Part shown: positions 30,078-39,486 of the stretch, piece by piece
How positions within the stretch are numbered: position 1 is the stretch's first letter
Layout: each line of letters begins with the position of its first letter
Source of the DNA: Minisyncoccota bacterium
Lineage (GTDB): Bacteria > Patescibacteriota > Minisyncoccia > Phycocordibacterales > UBA9973
DNA length: 64,000 nucleotides
Direction: 5' to 3'
NCBI GenBank assembly: GCA_035299545.1
Contig: DATGWJ010000024.1
Location: forward strand, 18,150 to 82,149
The notes under the pieces: model-generated
Told to the model about the DNA's origin: nothing
Database searches by the model: none
Seen by the model: the letters and a program-made list of their open reading frames with translations, nothing else
Translations under genes and position numbers: made by a program

Positions 30078-30776
30078 CTATTGTGTAGTTTTATCTAAAC
30101 CATTTGATAATGTATCCGTAGTAGTGCTTGTACTTGTAGTAGTAGAAGTAGGAATTGTAGTAGTGGAAGGAACTTCTACTGGTTTTGCATCTTCTGCTTT
30201 AATACTGTTCTCATAAGAAAGAATTGCTGGATCAACATTAAATTTTAAATTGAAGGTAATATTATTACTTTTATCTTTCATTAAATTAGAAAAGAGAACA
30301 TTCTTGAAGTAGCGGCCTTTTTGAGTATTAAACATATCGGCCTGAAGAGCGATAGATCTGTAATCACGAGCTATACCTTCTATTTCTACATAGAAACCTT
30401 TTTCATTTGTTTGATGCTCAAATTTAGTATATTGAACAGAAGGAATAGTTATCTCCCCTAAAAGTGAAAACAGCGGTGAGAGCACGATATGCTTACTTAG
30501 AATAGTTTTCGTAGCTTCTGTACGCTTGTTAAATAATTCAAGCTCATCTATTGTATCCTTTTCGAAACTTTCACGCGTTTTTAAGAGAGTAGAAGAAAGG
30601 GTTTCTTGTTGCCCAGTTAAATAAATTTTATATAAAAACAAACCCCCAGATAATAAAATAGAAAAAATAAACAAAAATATGGAAATTATTGAAAAAAGAC
30701 TTTTAGGCTCTTTATCAGGACCAGCAGAAGTTACTGGTTTCTTGGGAATAAATGATGTTTGAAATGAATTTTCCAT
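30078..30776 (-). CDS. pilN: pilus assembly protein PilN
   Basis: Single TM (LFSIISIFLFIFSILLSGGLFLY) and a T/S-rich C-terminal tail. Confidence 0.6.
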   Translation of the reverse strand: MENSFQTSFIPKKPVTSAGPDKEPKSLFSIISIFLFIFSILLSGGLFLYKIYLTGQQETLSSTLLKTRESFEKDTIDELELFNKRTEATKTILSKHIVLSPLFSLLGEITIPSVQYTKFEHQTNEKGFYVEIEGIARDYRSIALQADMFNTQKGRYFKNVLFSNLMKDKSNNITFNLKFNVDPAILSYENSIKAEDAKPVEVPSTTTIPTSTTTSTSTTTDTLSNGLDKTTQ

Positions 30777-30785
30777 AATTACATT

Positions 30786-31934
30786 TTATAATAATTGTCG
30801 CAATGCAAGACCGACTGCAACTGCAAACTCTGGACCACTTACTTCTAAAACTGGACCCAGGAAAGCAGGAGTTTCTGTCTTTGAAAAAGGATTGCTGTAG
30901 GAGACCTCTGCTTGGAAATTTTCTTTTGCGGCTTCTAATAACCCTTTCAAAAGAGAACCTCCACCGGTCAAAAAAACCTTACTGATGTTTTCATTATACT
31001 TCTTCTCATATGCAAACACAATACTGTTGATATCTGTAAATATGTAATTTATAGATAAACGAACAATTTTCTCTACTCGACTATCAATACTTGCATCCAG
31101 ACCTACAGACCTTTTAAGTTTTTCTGCCTCTTCAAAAGGAACACTGAGTGATTGAGATATATTCCTACTAATATCGTGAGAACCTCTATTAACCACATGA
31201 AATACTCGAACAATACCTGCATTTACTATAGAAATTTTCGTTTTCGATGCTCCAAAATCTATCAAAAGGGTTGGGGCTGTCTCATGGTTAAAAGATGAGC
31301 GTATGCTACTGAAAATCTCCATCTCAAATGAATCAGATTGTAAGTCTGTCTTCTTCAAGATATCTTGATATTGAGCCAGAATGTCATTATGTATAGCCAC
31401 CACAAGAACTTCTATCTTGGTTTTAGCTGTTGTTGTAGCATTGGCACCTTCTATTGATTCTGCTTCTTCTGGAATTACAAACCAATCGAGAGTAACTTCA
31501 GTTATAGGAACTGGGATATATTTACGAGCTTCAATTGGAATTATTTTTGATAATTGTGTCTCGTCTACTGTACTAGGTAATGAGATTGTAAAAATCAAAC
31601 TTGATAATGATGGAATAGATATAACTGCTGACTTAGTAGTAACGTTTGATTCCTTCATAACGTCAATAAGAGCACGAGAGATATCATCGGGCTTTAGATT
31701 TGTGACAGCTCCAACATCAAGGTTAGCATAGGGACCCAATGAAAGAACTCCGTATGTTTCAAGGACTGCTTTGCCAGATTTTTTCTTTAGTTGTACTACT
31801 TTTATAGAGGATGAGCCGATATCTATACCAAGTGAATCTTTGTTCGATTTATCAGCTTTTAAAACATTTGACAAATTAGCCAATCCTTCAGAAATTATTT
31901 TTTTAAGTGAATTGTCCATAATTAACATATTCAT
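30786..31934 (-). CDS. pilM: pilus assembly ATPase-like actin-fold protein PilM
   Basis: LGIDIGSSSIKVVQL is an actin/FtsA-like phosphate-1 motif. 382 aa. Confidence 0.8.
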   Translation of the reverse strand: MNMLIMDNSLKKIISEGLANLSNVLKADKSNKDSLGIDIGSSSIKVVQLKKKSGKAVLETYGVLSLGPYANLDVGAVTNLKPDDISRALIDVMKESNVTTKSAVISIPSLSSLIFTISLPSTVDETQLSKIIPIEARKYIPVPITEVTLDWFVIPEEAESIEGANATTTAKTKIEVLVVAIHNDILAQYQDILKKTDLQSDSFEMEIFSSIRSSFNHETAPTLLIDFGASKTKISIVNAGIVRVFHVVNRGSHDISRNISQSLSVPFEEAEKLKRSVGLDASIDSRVEKIVRLSINYIFTDINSIVFAYEKKYNENISKVFLTGGGSLLKGLLEAAKENFQAEVSYSNPFSKTETPAFLGPVLEVSGPEFAVAVGLALRQLL

Positions 31935-31962
31935 TATACCATATATATTGTAAAATAAAGAA

Positions 31963-32634
31963 ATGAAAATGTACTCTTACCTAAAGAAATTTGAGAATTT
32001 TGTCTTAGAAATTATATTCCCTACAAAATGCATAGGTTGTGACACAAAGAATGAAATACTGTGCAACAATTGTGTATTTAAAATACGTTTAGCAGAGAGA
32101 GAAACTGATAAAAGTATCCTGGCAGTGTTTGATTATAGAGATTTGATTATAAAAAGAGCTATATGGGAATTAAAATATCACCATAAACGATATCTTGGTG
32201 AAAAACTTGGACAATTATTATACGAATTCTTAATAGAAGATATCGCAGACATAAAAACATACGTCACAGGCAGAGCTATATATGTAATTCCTGTGCCAAT
32301 ATCAAATAAAAGAACAAAATTTCGCGGATACAACCAAGCTAATGCTATAGCAAAAGGATTTTGTGATGGAGCGGATCGAGGAACTTTCGAATTACAAAAT
32401 AATATTGTTTACAAGAAGAGAGATACCCTTCCACAAGCAAAAATTACTAACAGAAAAAGGCGTTTAGAAAATGTTCGTGACGTTTTCGGAATAAAAGATA
32501 GTGATGTAGTGAAAGGAAGAACTATAATTGTCGTGGATGATGTGACTACAACAGGAGGAACCATAAATGAGATCATGAAAATTCTAAAGAAAGCCGGAGC
32601 AAAGAAAGTTATCGGCTTTGCCGTAGCGCATTAA
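31963..32634 (+). CDS. comFC: ComF family phosphoribosyltransferase-like competence protein
   Basis: N-terminal Cys cluster CIGCDTKNEILCNNC and a C-terminal PRTase motif IIVVDDVTTTGGT. Confidence 0.8.
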   Translation: MKMYSYLKKFENFVLEIIFPTKCIGCDTKNEILCNNCVFKIRLAERETDKSILAVFDYRDLIIKRAIWELKYHHKRYLGEKLGQLLYEFLIEDIADIKTYVTGRAIYVIPVPISNKRTKFRGYNQANAIAKGFCDGADRGTFELQNNIVYKKRDTLPQAKITNRKRRLENVRDVFGIKDSDVVKGRTIIVVDDVTTTGGTINEIMKILKKAGAKKVIGFAVAH

Positions 32635-32639
32635 AAAAC

Positions 32640-32683
32640 AGCAATTTCCTCAAGGGATCCCGAGGTAATTGCTGTTTTTTATT
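32640..32683 (+). terminator. bidirectional terminator
   Basis: AAAAACAGCAATTTCCTCAAGGGATCCCGAGGTAATTGCTGTTTTTT. Confidence 0.6.
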
Positions 32684-34276
32684 TTATATTGTGAGCGGTG
32701 TAATCATTGTTCTCTCAATCTTTTCAAAAGTAACAGAGGCATTCCCTGTAGCATTAGAAACAACATAGCCAAGATTTATATTGGATCCTGAGATTGCTTT
32801 ACTCCAAGTTATGCCACAGTCCCCTATCTCATTTACTTCTGTTACAGTAGTATCGGCTAGGTTAGTAAGTAATACTGTTCCTCTTTCTACTACACTGTTT
32901 CTTGATATTGAATAAGTAACCTTCACAGTTAAGTTCTGAACTGTTGTTCCTACTGTTACTGAACCCGATGTGTTATTGTTCCAAGTATATTTTAAATTGT
33001 TTTCAAATTCAGGATAAATTATACCTGTGATTTGGATGTTGCGACCAGAGGTTGGATTTACGAATTCATACATTTGATCATAGAACCAGCGTACAGCTGG
33101 AGTGCCATAAATATTAGAATACGCAAAACTAAATATCATTGGTTCATAGTTAGTATCACTGGTAGATTGTTTTCTAATAAAATAATTAGAATTTACAATT
33201 ATTATTTTATTTGATGTTTTTGGATTAATATAAATGCCTTTTGGAGGAATACGGAAACAAACATTACTATTCACAAATTTAAAGTAATAATTTGTTACAA
33301 GGGTCGTATTAGTTAAATCTCCAAAATTATCAATACAGCAAGCATTTGCTCCCGTATTAGGGTTTTCTAAAACAGTATTCCTAAATACCGAAAAGTTAAT
33401 ATTTATTGAAGAAATTAATCTGATATTACCATTATAGTAAAGATAAAGTGCTTCAAAATTTTTCAACATTGCTCCTGAAAAAAATAAGAAGTTTAAAGAA
33501 TTAACAGCTGTATAGCCCATATCATACATTGATTCCTCTACAATAGATATCGATTTACCAGTAGAATACAGATAACATTCTCCTATTTTAAATAATTTAC
33601 CGTTAGAGTATATGGAAATAGAATTTGTAAAATTAATTCTAACTCTTTCAAAATATACACTTATGTTTATTTCAATTACTAACGAACTAATATTTATTAT
33701 CGTCTGATTTTCATAAATAGAAGTGCCTGTAGAAGGATAAGTTACACTTAAGGTAGTAGTAGTGTTATGTGTAATTGGGCAATAATGTACACCATCCCAT
33801 AACATAAAAAATTTCCATTGATTGGTAGACCAAGAACTGGTGTTACCTCCAGAGACAGTATATGTAAGAGGATCATTAGCATCTGCTGAACCCATGGTAA
33901 AACCGGAATCAACTTGAACCATAGTCCCAAGGAAAGTAATTGTCTCAGGTCCTCCAATTGAACGAAAAGATGATAGAACAACTAAATCAGATGCGCTAAT
34001 ATCAAATGTTCCTGCCCCCAGAGATATAGTAATAATTACTCCTGAATTAATAGTTTTCTTAATAGTAGACAGTGCCTTTCCAATAGTTAAATACGGAAGT
34101 GTTGCACTTCCATCCCCTGTATCATCATTACCAGTCGCAGAGACATATATGGTACGAGAGACAGATTCGGTAAGAAGCTTTTGAGTTCCATCTTCGTTGT
34201 GTTCTACAGATAGATAATCGTTTAATATTGTTCCCCACTCGTTGTTATCTTGCCCTACTGTTGGTAAACGTGACAT
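32684..34276 (-). CDS. right-handed beta-helix (pectin-lyase-fold) protein, paralog B; no signal peptide
   Basis: IYVSATGNDDTGDGSATLPYLTIGKAL is the N-cap typical of parallel beta-helix proteins. N/S/T-rich repeats follow. The first ~90 aa and the last ~9 aa are shared with the neighbouring paralog. Confidence 0.6.
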   Translation of the reverse strand: MSRLPTVGQDNNEWGTILNDYLSVEHNEDGTQKLLTESVSRTIYVSATGNDDTGDGSATLPYLTIGKALSTIKKTINSGVIITISLGAGTFDISASDLVVLSSFRSIGGPETITFLGTMVQVDSGFTMGSADANDPLTYTVSGGNTSSWSTNQWKFFMLWDGVHYCPITHNTTTTLSVTYPSTGTSIYENQTIINISSLVIEINISVYFERVRINFTNSISIYSNGKLFKIGECYLYSTGKSISIVEESMYDMGYTAVNSLNFLFFSGAMLKNFEALYLYYNGNIRLISSININFSVFRNTVLENPNTGANACCIDNFGDLTNTTLVTNYYFKFVNSNVCFRIPPKGIYINPKTSNKIIIVNSNYFIRKQSTSDTNYEPMIFSFAYSNIYGTPAVRWFYDQMYEFVNPTSGRNIQITGIIYPEFENNLKYTWNNNTSGSVTVGTTVQNLTVKVTYSISRNSVVERGTVLLTNLADTTVTEVNEIGDCGITWSKAISGSNINLGYVVSNATGNASVTFEKIERTMITPLTI

Positions 34277-34303
34277 ATATTTTAGTTAAATTAATATTAA
34301 TAA

Positions 34304-35902
34304 TTATATAGTTAACGGTGTAATCATTACTCTTGTAGCATTGTATTTAAGAGTAGCTGCTGTACCTGTGGAAGTGAGAGTGCAAGCTAGACGGATTTCA
34401 TTGGTATTGAAGTTAACAGCGAATGTGACACCGACGTCTCCTAGAGGAGTACCCTCTTGTAATGTTAGGTTTGTGCCATCATTATTTATTAATAATCGTG
34501 CAGTTTCAACTGTTGTTCCCCGAGTTATTGTATAGTCTATGATTATAGATCTATTCTGGAGTTTGTTACCTATTATTACTTGAGTGGTGGTGTTATCGGC
34601 AAGGGTTGATGAGAGGCCTTGCTCAAATTCTGGATAAACTATACCGGTAAACTGAACATTCCTACCTGAAGATAAATTTACAAACTCATACATAGGAGAA
34701 CCAAACCACGAAACATTTACTGTCCCATATATATTTGAATATGAAGCTAACATTTCTATAGGATCAGTGTTGCCTATCACACTGGAATTATAGTTTTGGA
34801 AAATATGGTCGCAGTTAACTAGTATCATTTTATCGTATGGGCATATGAATTTATCTATAGTTATTGCCATTCTGGAATATCGGAGTGGCCCTGCACTATT
34901 AATAAATTTTGTGTAGACAGTAGATGTGGCCTTAGATGATAAAGAACCCCCTTTATCAACATAAATACAAGAACCATGTTCAACAAAATCATTTTCAAAA
35001 ACACTATCTTCTATAGTATTGGCAAGAGTATTAATCGCTAGAAGAGGAGTATTTGAAGAATAGTTGAAATAATTATTATTAATAACAACATCAGAACCAT
35101 TCATTGAAAATTTTGTTCCATCAAAAGAACAACGATATAAACCCACACTTCTTGTTATTTGGTTTTGTGAAGATAAAATTCTTCCTGTAGAGGTAAATTT
35201 ACAAGTGGTAAATATAATACTATTACCATCAAGAACAGGAGAACCGGCAAAAGAAAAATTAATATATGTAAACTTTAAAGAATACATATTGCTTTCTATT
35301 GTAGATATTGTCGTTATTGCTGAAGCGTCAAGAATAGAATCTATTTGATAAATTTCATTACCCGTCCCAGTACCCGCAATACTTAAGGTGGTAGTAGTAT
35401 TGTGAGTTATTGGATAATAATTGCTTCCAGATTTTAATAAGTAATACCTCCATTGATTAGCACTCCATGAGCCAGTACTTCCCCCAGATACAGAATGGGA
35501 AAAGGCATCATTAGCAACAGCTGCCCCCATTGTAAAACCTGATTCAACTAATGAAATTACTCCAGTGAATTCTAATGTTCCCTTCCCTTTGATTGAACTT
35601 ATTACAGAATAATCATTTTGAGTTATTGTGAAAGTCCCTGCTCCTACATTAATGGTGATAGTAACTCCGGCAATAATCTCTTTTTTTATTGTCGATAACG
35701 CCTTTCCAATAGTTAAATATGGTAATAACTCAGATCCATCCCCAGTAGTATCATCACCAGTCGCAGAGACATATATAGTACGAGAAACAGATTCAGTAAG
35801 AAGCTTTTGAGTTCCATCTTCGTTATGTTCTACAGATAGATATTCATTTAATACTGTACCCCATGTATTATTGTCTTCTCCTACGATTGGTAAACGTGAC
35901 AT
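34304..35902 (-). CDS. right-handed beta-helix (pectin-lyase-fold) protein, paralog A; no signal peptide
   Basis: The MSRLPIVGEDNNTWGTVLNEYLSVEHNEDGTQK N-module, the IYVSATGDDTTGDGS cap and the C-terminal RVMITPLTI are all shared with paralog B. Confidence 0.6.
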   Translation of the reverse strand: MSRLPIVGEDNNTWGTVLNEYLSVEHNEDGTQKLLTESVSRTIYVSATGDDTTGDGSELLPYLTIGKALSTIKKEIIAGVTITINVGAGTFTITQNDYSVISSIKGKGTLEFTGVISLVESGFTMGAAVANDAFSHSVSGGSTGSWSANQWRYYLLKSGSNYYPITHNTTTTLSIAGTGTGNEIYQIDSILDASAITTISTIESNMYSLKFTYINFSFAGSPVLDGNSIIFTTCKFTSTGRILSSQNQITRSVGLYRCSFDGTKFSMNGSDVVINNNYFNYSSNTPLLAINTLANTIEDSVFENDFVEHGSCIYVDKGGSLSSKATSTVYTKFINSAGPLRYSRMAITIDKFICPYDKMILVNCDHIFQNYNSSVIGNTDPIEMLASYSNIYGTVNVSWFGSPMYEFVNLSSGRNVQFTGIVYPEFEQGLSSTLADNTTTQVIIGNKLQNRSIIIDYTITRGTTVETARLLINNDGTNLTLQEGTPLGDVGVTFAVNFNTNEIRLACTLTSTGTAATLKYNATRVMITPLTI

Positions 35903-36046
35903 ATGTTGTTTATTAGTGAAAAATTAAAGATTAATAAGTTTATTTTAACATATTAATACATAGAAAAGAATGGCAAGAAATATTATTGGCTTTAATGGAC
36001 ATATTCAAAACAAAAACCTGACTAATGTCAGGTTTTAAAAATAAAT

Positions 36047-36499
36047 TTATATAGGACTAATAGCATCCTCTACAATACCTTCTGTTATTTTTATAGAAGC
36101 ACAGATTGATTTCCATGCAAAAAATAATAAAAGTGGTACACAAACAAAGGCCGGCCATGCAAAAATAGCTTGAAGAGGGAGAGGTAAGAATCTGAAAAAA
36201 TGTAAAATGAATCCAATAAAGGAAATACCCGAAAGAGCAATATTTGCCCATGTCATCAATGAAAGTGTACTTCCAAGAAGAGAGAAGGCATTGTTCTTAT
36301 TCATCTTATAAATTAGAAAAACAAAAATTGTGAGGTAAACACCAAGCCCACAGAAATACCAAATTCTGGAATTTACTACCGTATTCTCGCTTTTTACCAG
36401 AATAGGAACAAGAACAAATATTACAGAAACCCCCACAAAAATAAACCAGTTTAAAATTATTTTTGTAGTTTTACCCAGATTAAAATGTTTTATTTTCAT
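36047..36499 (-). CDS. polytopic membrane protein, hypothetical
   Basis: 150 aa with four hydrophobic helices. Confidence 0.45.
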   Translation of the reverse strand: MKIKHFNLGKTTKIILNWFIFVGVSVIFVLVPILVKSENTVVNSRIWYFCGLGVYLTIFVFLIYKMNKNNAFSLLGSTLSLMTWANIALSGISFIGFILHFFRFLPLPLQAIFAWPAFVCVPLLLFFAWKSICASIKITEGIVEDAISPI

Positions 36500-36608
36500 T
36501 TTTTCAGTTTATTTAGATTTATTATTTGGAGAACAATATTACTTTAATCTTAGCACTTGAAGATATACTGTCAATAAAATATGCAGCGATAAAACAATTA
36601 TAAAAAAT

Positions 36609-37826
36609 ATGTTATTATACAGAGTAATTATGACGAAAACAAAAAAGTATTGCCCTGATTGCGGAGGAGCTCAGGTAAATCACAATATTGCATACATATC
36701 TATATTACTAACTACTTTAATAGAACCTTGGACAAACTGGATGGGTAAACTTATCCCAGAATCATCTTTTGATTGGCTAGGTCCATTTGTAACAAAGACA
36801 CTTAAGTTTTTAAAGCTTGGTAAAATTACTTACAAACCAGAAAGTGATGATAGCGGACGCACCAGAGTACTCTGGGAGGAAGCTCTAAGAAGAGGTATAG
36901 ATATGTATGAATTCAGATTATTCGGAATTGGACATGATATGTTCGTTTCAAATTACAAAGGAGAGAAAAGATTTTTCGATGTTCTCCCTCGTCCTAAAAA
37001 ATATAATCCAGAAGGACTTGAATGGATGGATAATAAAGGCAAAATGAAAGAACACTTTGAGAAAGAAGGAATAAAGGTAGCCCGCGGAGGAGTGACACAT
37101 TCTGTACATAAATCATTAAAAATATTCGATTCTTTAAGTAAACCAGTAATTACAAAACCAAATCTGGGCTCACGAAGTCGCCATACTACAACTCATATAA
37201 GTGAAAGTGAAGAATTTATTACAGCATTCAAAAAAGCTCGACAACTTTCTCCTTGGGTAATGATAGAAGAAGAACTTTCGGGTTACGTTTTCCGAGGAAC
37301 ATTGATAGGAGGAAAGCTTATAGCAGTCCTTCGCCGTGAGCCAGCTTATGTCATAGGCGATGGCGAACATAACGTCCGTGAGCTTATTGAAATAGAAAAT
37401 AAAAATCCACTTCGTAATGGAAAAATATTCCACCAATTAAAACTAGACGACGAGGCAAAGAAAGAATTAAAACATTGGGGACGCACAGAAGATACCATTC
37501 CTAAAAAAGATGAAATTGTTACTCTTGGTCAAAAGACAAGCCGAGCTGTCGGAGGAGGAATTACAGATATGACCGACATAGTACACGAAGATAATAAAAT
37601 AATGCTTGAGAAAGTCGCAAGTGTTCTCGATGATCCGCTTATTGGGGTAGACTTCATAATGGATGATGTCTCTGTATCATGGCGTGACCAACCAAAATGC
37701 GGAGTTATTGAATGTAATTCCGCACCGTTTATAGACCTTCATCATTTCCCTCTTGTAGGTAAACCTCGTAATGTAGCAAGTGCACTTTGGGATATTATTT
37801 ACCCTGAATCAAAGATTAGTAGCTAG
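36609..37826 (+). CDS. ATP-grasp family ligase (RimK / cyanophycin-synthetase-like) with N-terminal CxxC zinc-ribbon
   Basis: CPDCGG N-terminus, KPNLGSRSRHTT (ATP-grasp Lys/Gly-rich loop) and a C-terminal GVIECNSAP motif (ExN). Confidence 0.5.
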   Translation: MLLYRVIMTKTKKYCPDCGGAQVNHNIAYISILLTTLIEPWTNWMGKLIPESSFDWLGPFVTKTLKFLKLGKITYKPESDDSGRTRVLWEEALRRGIDMYEFRLFGIGHDMFVSNYKGEKRFFDVLPRPKKYNPEGLEWMDNKGKMKEHFEKEGIKVARGGVTHSVHKSLKIFDSLSKPVITKPNLGSRSRHTTTHISESEEFITAFKKARQLSPWVMIEEELSGYVFRGTLIGGKLIAVLRREPAYVIGDGEHNVRELIEIENKNPLRNGKIFHQLKLDDEAKKELKHWGRTEDTIPKKDEIVTLGQKTSRAVGGGITDMTDIVHEDNKIMLEKVASVLDDPLIGVDFIMDDVSVSWRDQPKCGVIECNSAPFIDLHHFPLVGKPRNVASALWDIIYPESKISS

Positions 37827-37940
37827 GTTCTAGTTTTTAGTGATTAGTAAATTAATAAAATACACTAGGCAAAGCCTAGTGTATTTTATTAATTCATGTA
37901 TTGTTATTTTTTCTAAAACCTAGAACCTAGTTGCTAGAAC

Positions 37941-38456
37941 CTAATTCTTCAGCGCCTCATCAATAGTAAGCTCTGACTCTGGAGCAATATTCACATCGGG
38001 CCTTAATTGCGAAATGTGTTTTCTTAATACAATATAATCTCCAAGGAATTTTCTAAATTCTTCTATTCGTGCCTGTTCATTTATTTCTACGAAGTGCGCA
38101 ACCGGTTTACTCTCAGGAGTATATTCGTAGTGTCCTCTTATTTCCCCATCTTTAAAAACTCGTAAATGATATTGAAAATCAAAACTTTCAAGCTTACGCC
38201 AAGAAAGAACTTGCCCATTATCCATCCAAGCTACGAAATGATTACCAAACCCCCATTTTTCATGCAAATGTTTTTCTAAATCTTTCAGTGTTTTACCAGG
38301 GGCAAGCCAGCCAATATGATATGGTTGCCTACCTTTTTCGTGCCAAACTAAATGCCATTTCAAGAAGTGACTTTGGAGCCAAGGGAAAATACTGTATAAA
38401 TGTCTCCAAATGTTTTTCTTTATAATTTGTTTTGTTGTTAAATTAGTGTTATTCAT
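37941..38456 (-). CDS. hypothetical protein
   Basis: 171 aa, His/Trp-rich (HIGWLAPG), no confident family assignment. Confidence 0.4.
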   Translation of the reverse strand: MNNTNLTTKQIIKKNIWRHLYSIFPWLQSHFLKWHLVWHEKGRQPYHIGWLAPGKTLKDLEKHLHEKWGFGNHFVAWMDNGQVLSWRKLESFDFQYHLRVFKDGEIRGHYEYTPESKPVAHFVEINEQARIEEFRKFLGDYIVLRKHISQLRPDVNIAPESELTIDEALKN

Positions 38457-38703
38457 AAATTAGTCTAAATCCCTTTAACTTGCACATATTTCCCGGAAGT
38501 AATATAAAAAACATAATTTTCTAATTTTTTTGAAAGAAGAGTAAAAATTAAAATATTTGTGATAATTAATAAAGATACATAAATCCAGTATTTATTAATT
38601 CGTAAATCCATACAGCTTATAATAGCACCAAATATCGAAAATTAAAAATAAAAAAACCGCTCAGAGAGAGCGGTTGTTTTAGGGTTTGAGAAAAACTAAG
38701 TTT

Positions 38704-39138
38704 TCAATTTCTTTGCAGTCTTTGTTGTTGATGATTGGGACTCGATTTTACTTCAACACATTTTGTCGCATGAGGCGTAGCCATCAGTCGTTCTTTTGGC
38801 ATCAGTTTCCCGGTGACAGAACATATGCCGTATGTTTTGTTTTCAATACGGACAAGAGCTGCCTTGAGATTCTGGATTAAATTACTCTGACTAAGAGCTA
38901 ATTTACTATTTTCTTCTTTTGACATTGTGTTGTTCCCCTCCTCAAGAACTTTGAATGTGGGAGAGGTGTCTTCTGTTCCGTTACCAGCACTGTTGCTTAA
39001 TGACCCCATAAGATCATTAAGGGTAAACTGTGCTATCTCCATTTTACGGAGAATGTTTAGACGGAATTCATTAAGCTCCTCATCTGAAAATCTAGTTCTG
39101 GAACTAGCAACTGCAACTTCTACTGTAACGTTGTTCAT
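38704..39138 (-). CDS. DksA/TraR-family C4 zinc-finger protein
   Basis: C-terminal YGICSVTGKLMPKERLMATPHATKCVEVK preceded by coiled-coil. A terminator hairpin lies at 38655..38685. Confidence 0.6.
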   Translation of the reverse strand: MNNVTVEVAVASSRTRFSDEELNEFRLNILRKMEIAQFTLNDLMGSLSNSAGNGTEDTSPTFKVLEEGNNTMSKEENSKLALSQSNLIQNLKAALVRIENKTYGICSVTGKLMPKERLMATPHATKCVEVKSSPNHQQQRLQRN

Positions 39139-39233
39139 GTTTCTTAGTTTTTAAAATTGATAGAACATTCTATTCGACCTTAATTATACACCTTTTATAT
39201 GAGTTGTCAATGATATAAAAAGATTTTAAATAT

Positions 39234-39332
39234 GCGGAGGCGGTGAGAACTTGAGTACACTTTTCGCCTATTACATAGGCAGGTACTTTTCTGGTTTTGA
39301 AACAAAACACAGAAAAGTCTTTCGAATCTCAC
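39234..39332 (-). ncRNA. tRNA-Ser 3'-half-derived structured element, homologous to 12609..12717
   Basis: Minus strand reads GTGAGATTCGAAAGACTTTTC...GCCTATGTAATAGGC-GAAAAGTGTACT-CAAG-TTCTCACCGCCTCCGC. The last 16 nt duplicate the 3' end of the adjacent tRNA-Ser. Confidence 0.5.
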
Positions 39333-39399
39333 CCGAAAGAGAAGCAGTTCTCTTTCTCGCCCGCAAAAAGAAAAACACTTTCGGATTTTCTTGTTTTTG

Positions 39400-39486
39400 C
39401 GGAGGCGGTGAGATTCGAACTCACGGTACCGGTTAAGGTACGACGGTTTAGTAAACCGTTGATTTAAACCACTCATCCACGCCTCC
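39400..39486 (-). tRNA. type-II tRNA with Ser identity elements (long variable arm, G73); apparent anticodon ACT
   Basis: GGAGGCGTGGATGAGTGGTTTAAATCA-ACGGT-UUACUAA-ACCGT-CGTACCTTAACCGGTACCG-TGAGTTCGAATCTCA-CCGCCTCCG. The anticodon loop is self-complementary. Confidence 0.55.
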
